A DNA stretch of 64,000 bases, from positions 230,055 through 294,054 of the forward strand of contig CBDCWP010000038.1 in assembly GCA_965223505.1 (NCBI GenBank), given 5' to 3'. A model generated the notes under the pieces. That model was not told where the DNA came from, did no database searches, and worked only from the letters and a program-made list of their open reading frames with translations. The stretch is from Planctomycetota bacterium. GTDB lineage: Bacteria > Planctomycetota > PLA2 > JAEUHO01. This document shows positions 60,945 to 64,000 of the stretch, piece by piece. The position numbers and the translations under genes were made by a program. Numbering within the stretch: position 1 is the stretch's first letter; every line of letters begins with the position of its first letter.

Positions 60945-61892
60945 GTGCCCAAGTCGAAATTCGCCGCCGCCCTGAAGCGCGCCCGCAAGCGCGCCGGCCT
61001 TTCCCAGGTGGCGCTCGGCAAGAAGGCGGGGCTAACAGGCTCCTACATCTCCATGCTGGAGTCGGAGCGCAAGCCGCCGCCGCGGCCCAAGGTCATCACG
61101 CGGCTCTCCAAGGTACTCAACCTCTCCGAGAAGCACATGCAGGAGCTCGCTGCCGTCGAGCGCTCCCCCGCCCCCATTCGGCAGCGCCTGGAGGAAATCG
61201 ACGAGGAGAAGGGCGCCGTCGCCCGGACGCGGGACCGCATCCTGACGACGACGTTGTTTCACATCGCGCAGCGCCACGGCCACGGCAACCCGTTCGGCGA
61301 CTTCCTCGATCTCTCGCCCGGCCAGCGCACCCTCGTCGGCCGTCTGCTCGGACGGGCGCGCACGGTGCGCGACCTCGACGAAGCCGAGTCCAAGTCGTCG
61401 CAGTTGCTCGAGGACGCCTCGCCCGACGAACGGGAGATGCTCGCCAAGGTCCTGCCCGAGGTGCTGTCGAAGGGTGCGCCCGCAAGGGAAAAGGGCGAGG
61501 CGGCCCGCTCGCGGCGCAAGCCGAGCTCGGACAAGACGCCGCCGCTGCCGGTCTACGCCGACCTGGCCCGCGGCGAAGAACCGGTCGACTGGCTGGTCGT
61601 CGACCCGCAGCTGTGGCACGAGAAGGCGTTCCTCTGGCGTGTGTCCGGCGACGACTACTTCCCGCGCATCGAAACCGGTGACGACCTGCTGATCGATCCG
61701 CTGGCCGAGCCGAAGAGCGGCGACCTCGTCGCGTTCACCCACGGCGGCAGCGATCTGGTTCGAACGCTACAGCGATCGGGCACACAGGTGCGGCTCGACG
61801 CGCCCCGGCCCGACGTTCCGCCGATTCGCATGAAGGCCACGGTGTTTCGACCGGCCGGCGTGGTCGTCTGGATGTGTCGCGGTCTCAGATGA
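60945..61892 (+). CDS. XRE-family HTH regulator with a degenerate S24 (LexA/CI-like) C-terminal domain
   Basis: LKRARKRAGLSQVALG...YISMLESE HTH; RVSGDDYFPRIETGDDLLIDP...SGDLV S24-like fold. Confidence 0.85.
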   Translation: MPKSKFAAALKRARKRAGLSQVALGKKAGLTGSYISMLESERKPPPRPKVITRLSKVLNLSEKHMQELAAVERSPAPIRQRLEEIDEEKGAVARTRDRILTTTLFHIAQRHGHGNPFGDFLDLSPGQRTLVGRLLGRARTVRDLDEAESKSSQLLEDASPDEREMLAKVLPEVLSKGAPAREKGEAARSRRKPSSDKTPPLPVYADLARGEEPVDWLVVDPQLWHEKAFLWRVSGDDYFPRIETGDDLLIDPLAEPKSGDLVAFTHGGSDLVRTLQRSGTQVRLDAPRPDVPPIRMKATVFRPAGVVVWMCRGLR

Positions 61893-61909
61893 CCCGCGGC
61901 GCGCGTGCG

Positions 61910-63298
61910 CTACTTCTGTTCGTCGAGCCACTGGAGCCACGACTCGGCTTGGGTGCGACCGTCTTCGTCGGACGCCGGCGCGATCTCGAGGAAGCGCTTC
62001 AGGTGACGGCGCGCCCCGGCGGCGTCGCGCAGCGCGGCGGGGGTGTCCGGGTCGGCCAGGAGGGCGCCGAGCGCCAGGTGCGCTTCGGCGAGAGAGTCGT
62101 CGAGCGCGAGCGCCTCTTCGTACGCACGCTTCTCCGCGGCGATGTTGCCGCCGCCCTCGCGGGCGAGCAGCCCGAGGTTGTATCGGACGGCTGCGTCCTT
62201 GGGCGCGAGGCGCGCCGCCTGACGAAACGCATGCCGCGCCTCCTGCATGCGGCCCTGCGAGGCGTAGATCACGCCGAGGTTGTAGTGCGCGCGGTGAAAG
62301 CGCGGGTCGGCCCGGATGATCTCTTCGAACACCGCGATCGCGCGTTCCATGTCGCCCCGGTGAACGTGCACGATTCCGATGTTGTTCTCGGCGACACGCA
62401 GGTCGGGATTGCTTCGCATCGCGGCGGCGAGGTGCATGAGCGCGTCGCGGTCCATGCCGAGCTGGTCTTCCACGACGGCGAGGTTGTTCAGGATGGCGGA
62501 GGCGTCCGGCCGCATCTTCAGCGCGCGCAGATACAGGGTGCGGGCGTCTTCCCAGCGCCGCGCCGCGGCCGCGCGCGTCGCCTTGGCCGACAGGGCGCGC
62601 ACGCGAATGTCGATCGACGCGCCGGGCCGCTGGGCGAGCTCCTGAAGACGTTGATAGGTCTTCTCGTCGTTCAGATCGGGATCCGAGAGCAACGCGAGGT
62701 TGAGCACCGGCGCACCGAAGTTCGAGTCCAGCTCGGCCGCGCGCGCAAATGACGCCGCCGCGGCGTCGACCTCGCCGTTCTTGAGCTGCACGGCGCCGAG
62801 GTTGTTGTGCGCCGCCGCGTGGTTGCCGTCGATCTGCGTCGCGCGCTCGTAGGCCTGGCGCGCATCGCGCATGCGGTTCAGCCGCTCGAGGGCGACACCG
62901 CGGTTGTTCTGCGCGTCCGCGTACTTCGCGTTCAGTGTCGCGGCCAGCTCGAACGAACGCAGCGCCTCTTCGACGTCGCCGAGGTCGAGCAGCAGCGTTC
63001 CGAGGTTGTTGTGCGCGATGGCGTCGCCGGAGTCGAGCCGCAGTGCCTGCCGGTAGGCGGTGATCGCGGACGACTTGTCGCCGGACTGCGAAAGCACGTA
63101 GCCACGCACCCGCCACGCGACCGCGCTTTCGGCGTGCGCGTCGATCGCGCGACGGCTTTCTTCCAGCGCGCGCGGCATGTCCGAGCGGCGCAGCGCCTGA
63201 TAGGCCTCGAGCGCCGGCGCCGGAACGTCCTCGGCGAAGGCGGGCGGGACCGCGATCAGCGCGATCGCGAGCACGAGAATGGCGGGGCCCTTCCCCAT
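61910..63298 (-). CDS. Secreted TPR-repeat protein
   Basis: Signal peptide; about 10 TPRs (AHNNLG, AQNNRG, AHYNLG). Confidence 0.9.
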   Translation of the reverse strand: MGKGPAILVLAIALIAVPPAFAEDVPAPALEAYQALRRSDMPRALEESRRAIDAHAESAVAWRVRGYVLSQSGDKSSAITAYRQALRLDSGDAIAHNNLGTLLLDLGDVEEALRSFELAATLNAKYADAQNNRGVALERLNRMRDARQAYERATQIDGNHAAAHNNLGAVQLKNGEVDAAAASFARAAELDSNFGAPVLNLALLSDPDLNDEKTYQRLQELAQRPGASIDIRVRALSAKATRAAAARRWEDARTLYLRALKMRPDASAILNNLAVVEDQLGMDRDALMHLAAAMRSNPDLRVAENNIGIVHVHRGDMERAIAVFEEIIRADPRFHRAHYNLGVIYASQGRMQEARHAFRQAARLAPKDAAVRYNLGLLAREGGGNIAAEKRAYEEALALDDSLAEAHLALGALLADPDTPAALRDAAGARRHLKRFLEIAPASDEDGRTQAESWLQWLDEQK

Positions 63299-63335
63299 GG
63301 CGTCTAGAGTGCCGTCCGATCGGGGATTCGGAAGC

Positions 63336-64000
63336 TCAATTGTCGGAAGTCGCCGTGCGAAGCGCGTCGAGGACCTCGTCGATGCGGCGGCGGCCGATCT
63401 CGACGGCCAGGGGCGCCGGTTGCGCCGCGTCGAAGTGAGCGGCGTTCGGCTTCCAGTCCACCCAATAGAACACCCCGGCAGCCTCGCGCGTTCCGGCATG
63501 GTCTTTCAGGAAGGCCTTGGTCAGACGCCGAACTTCGTCGCGCTGAACGTCGAGCGGCAGCCGGCCGCGAATGTCGCGCAGGTCGGCCAGGTACGCCTCG
63601 AACGCGCGCGCGGCCTTGATGTCCCCGACACGAACGCGCCGGTCGCCGCCACATCCGACGCAGGCGCGGGCGCCGAAGCAGACCTGGCACTCCACCTCGT
63701 CCTTCGATCCGAGCGTCGCGAGCTCGATGCCAGTGCCGCCGCAATGCCCGCAGCGCCCGCGACCGATCGTCTCCAGGTACGCCGTCGCCGCCTCCACGCT
63801 GATCGACAACGCCGTCGCGACGTTGGCGGCCGCCGCCTCCTTGCCCATGGCGGAGACCAGACCACGCAGGTGCTCGTCTTCGAGCGCGGACAGGCTGTAT
63901 TCGGAGATCGGACTCGCTTCGTCGGGCGCGACGCTCCAATCGAACTGGGCATTGCACCCGGCGCACTTGCTGCTGAAGTCGTTCACCTCGGCCATGCACT
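63336..64000 (-). CDS. Hypothetical Cys-rich zinc-binding protein (probably 5'-partial)
   Basis: CAGC, CGHCGGTG, CQVCFG, CVGCGG motifs; frame is open to the window edge. Confidence 0.65.
   Translation of the reverse strand, partial: CMAEVNDFSSKCAGCNAQFDWSVAPDEASPISEYSLSALEDEHLRGLVSAMGKEAAAANVATALSISVEAATAYLETIGRGRCGHCGGTGIELATLGSKDEVECQVCFGARACVGCGGDRRVRVGDIKAARAFEAYLADLRDIRGRLPLDVQRDEVRRLTKAFLKDHAGTREAAGVFYWVDWKPNAAHFDAAQPAPLAVEIGRRRIDEVLDALRTATSDN

Noticed and set aside
60945..61892. Prophage repressor or SOS LexA
   Set aside because: No phage, integrase or cro genes nearby; self-cleavage residues absent; HTH is XRE-type rather than the LexA winged helix

Overview
A very GC-rich, gene-dense 64 kb window of mostly core chromosome from a diderm bacterium. 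Planctomycetota/PVC is the likely lineage, inferred from the recO-bamD-lptE order and the many secreted HEAT, TPR and secretin-like proteins. It holds about 56 CDS. Recognisable genes include ftsY (partial), ispG/ispD/ispF, wecB, moaD/moaE, a PPDK-regulatory kinase, an ABC-2 transporter set, a cyclophilin, ruvC, recO, bamD-like, lptE, ftsH-folP-cdaA-cdaR with an inverted glmM, tsaB, alr, an AsmA-like protein, manC, ruvX and rpsO-pnp. There is also a hybrid histidine kinase and a Ser/Thr kinase with a beta-propeller. No rRNA, tRNA, CRISPR array, transposase or integrase was found. Most notable observations: (1) a CI/LexA-like regulator lacking its self-cleavage residues sits divergent from a candidate ~200-nt non-coding RNA bounded by a promoter and terminator, with two related palindromic operators between them; (2) atypical secretin-like proteins, one with two tandem secretin domains, and a HEAT-repeat protein carrying an isolated secretin-like hairpin; (3) three ECF-type promoters upstream of envelope genes; (4) a pervasive leaderless-mRNA promoter signature; (5) a lipoprotein gene frameshifted at a G9 tract; (6) REP repeats next to a G-quadruplex-capable hexamer array. 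All product calls come from motif recognition by eye; no database searches were run.
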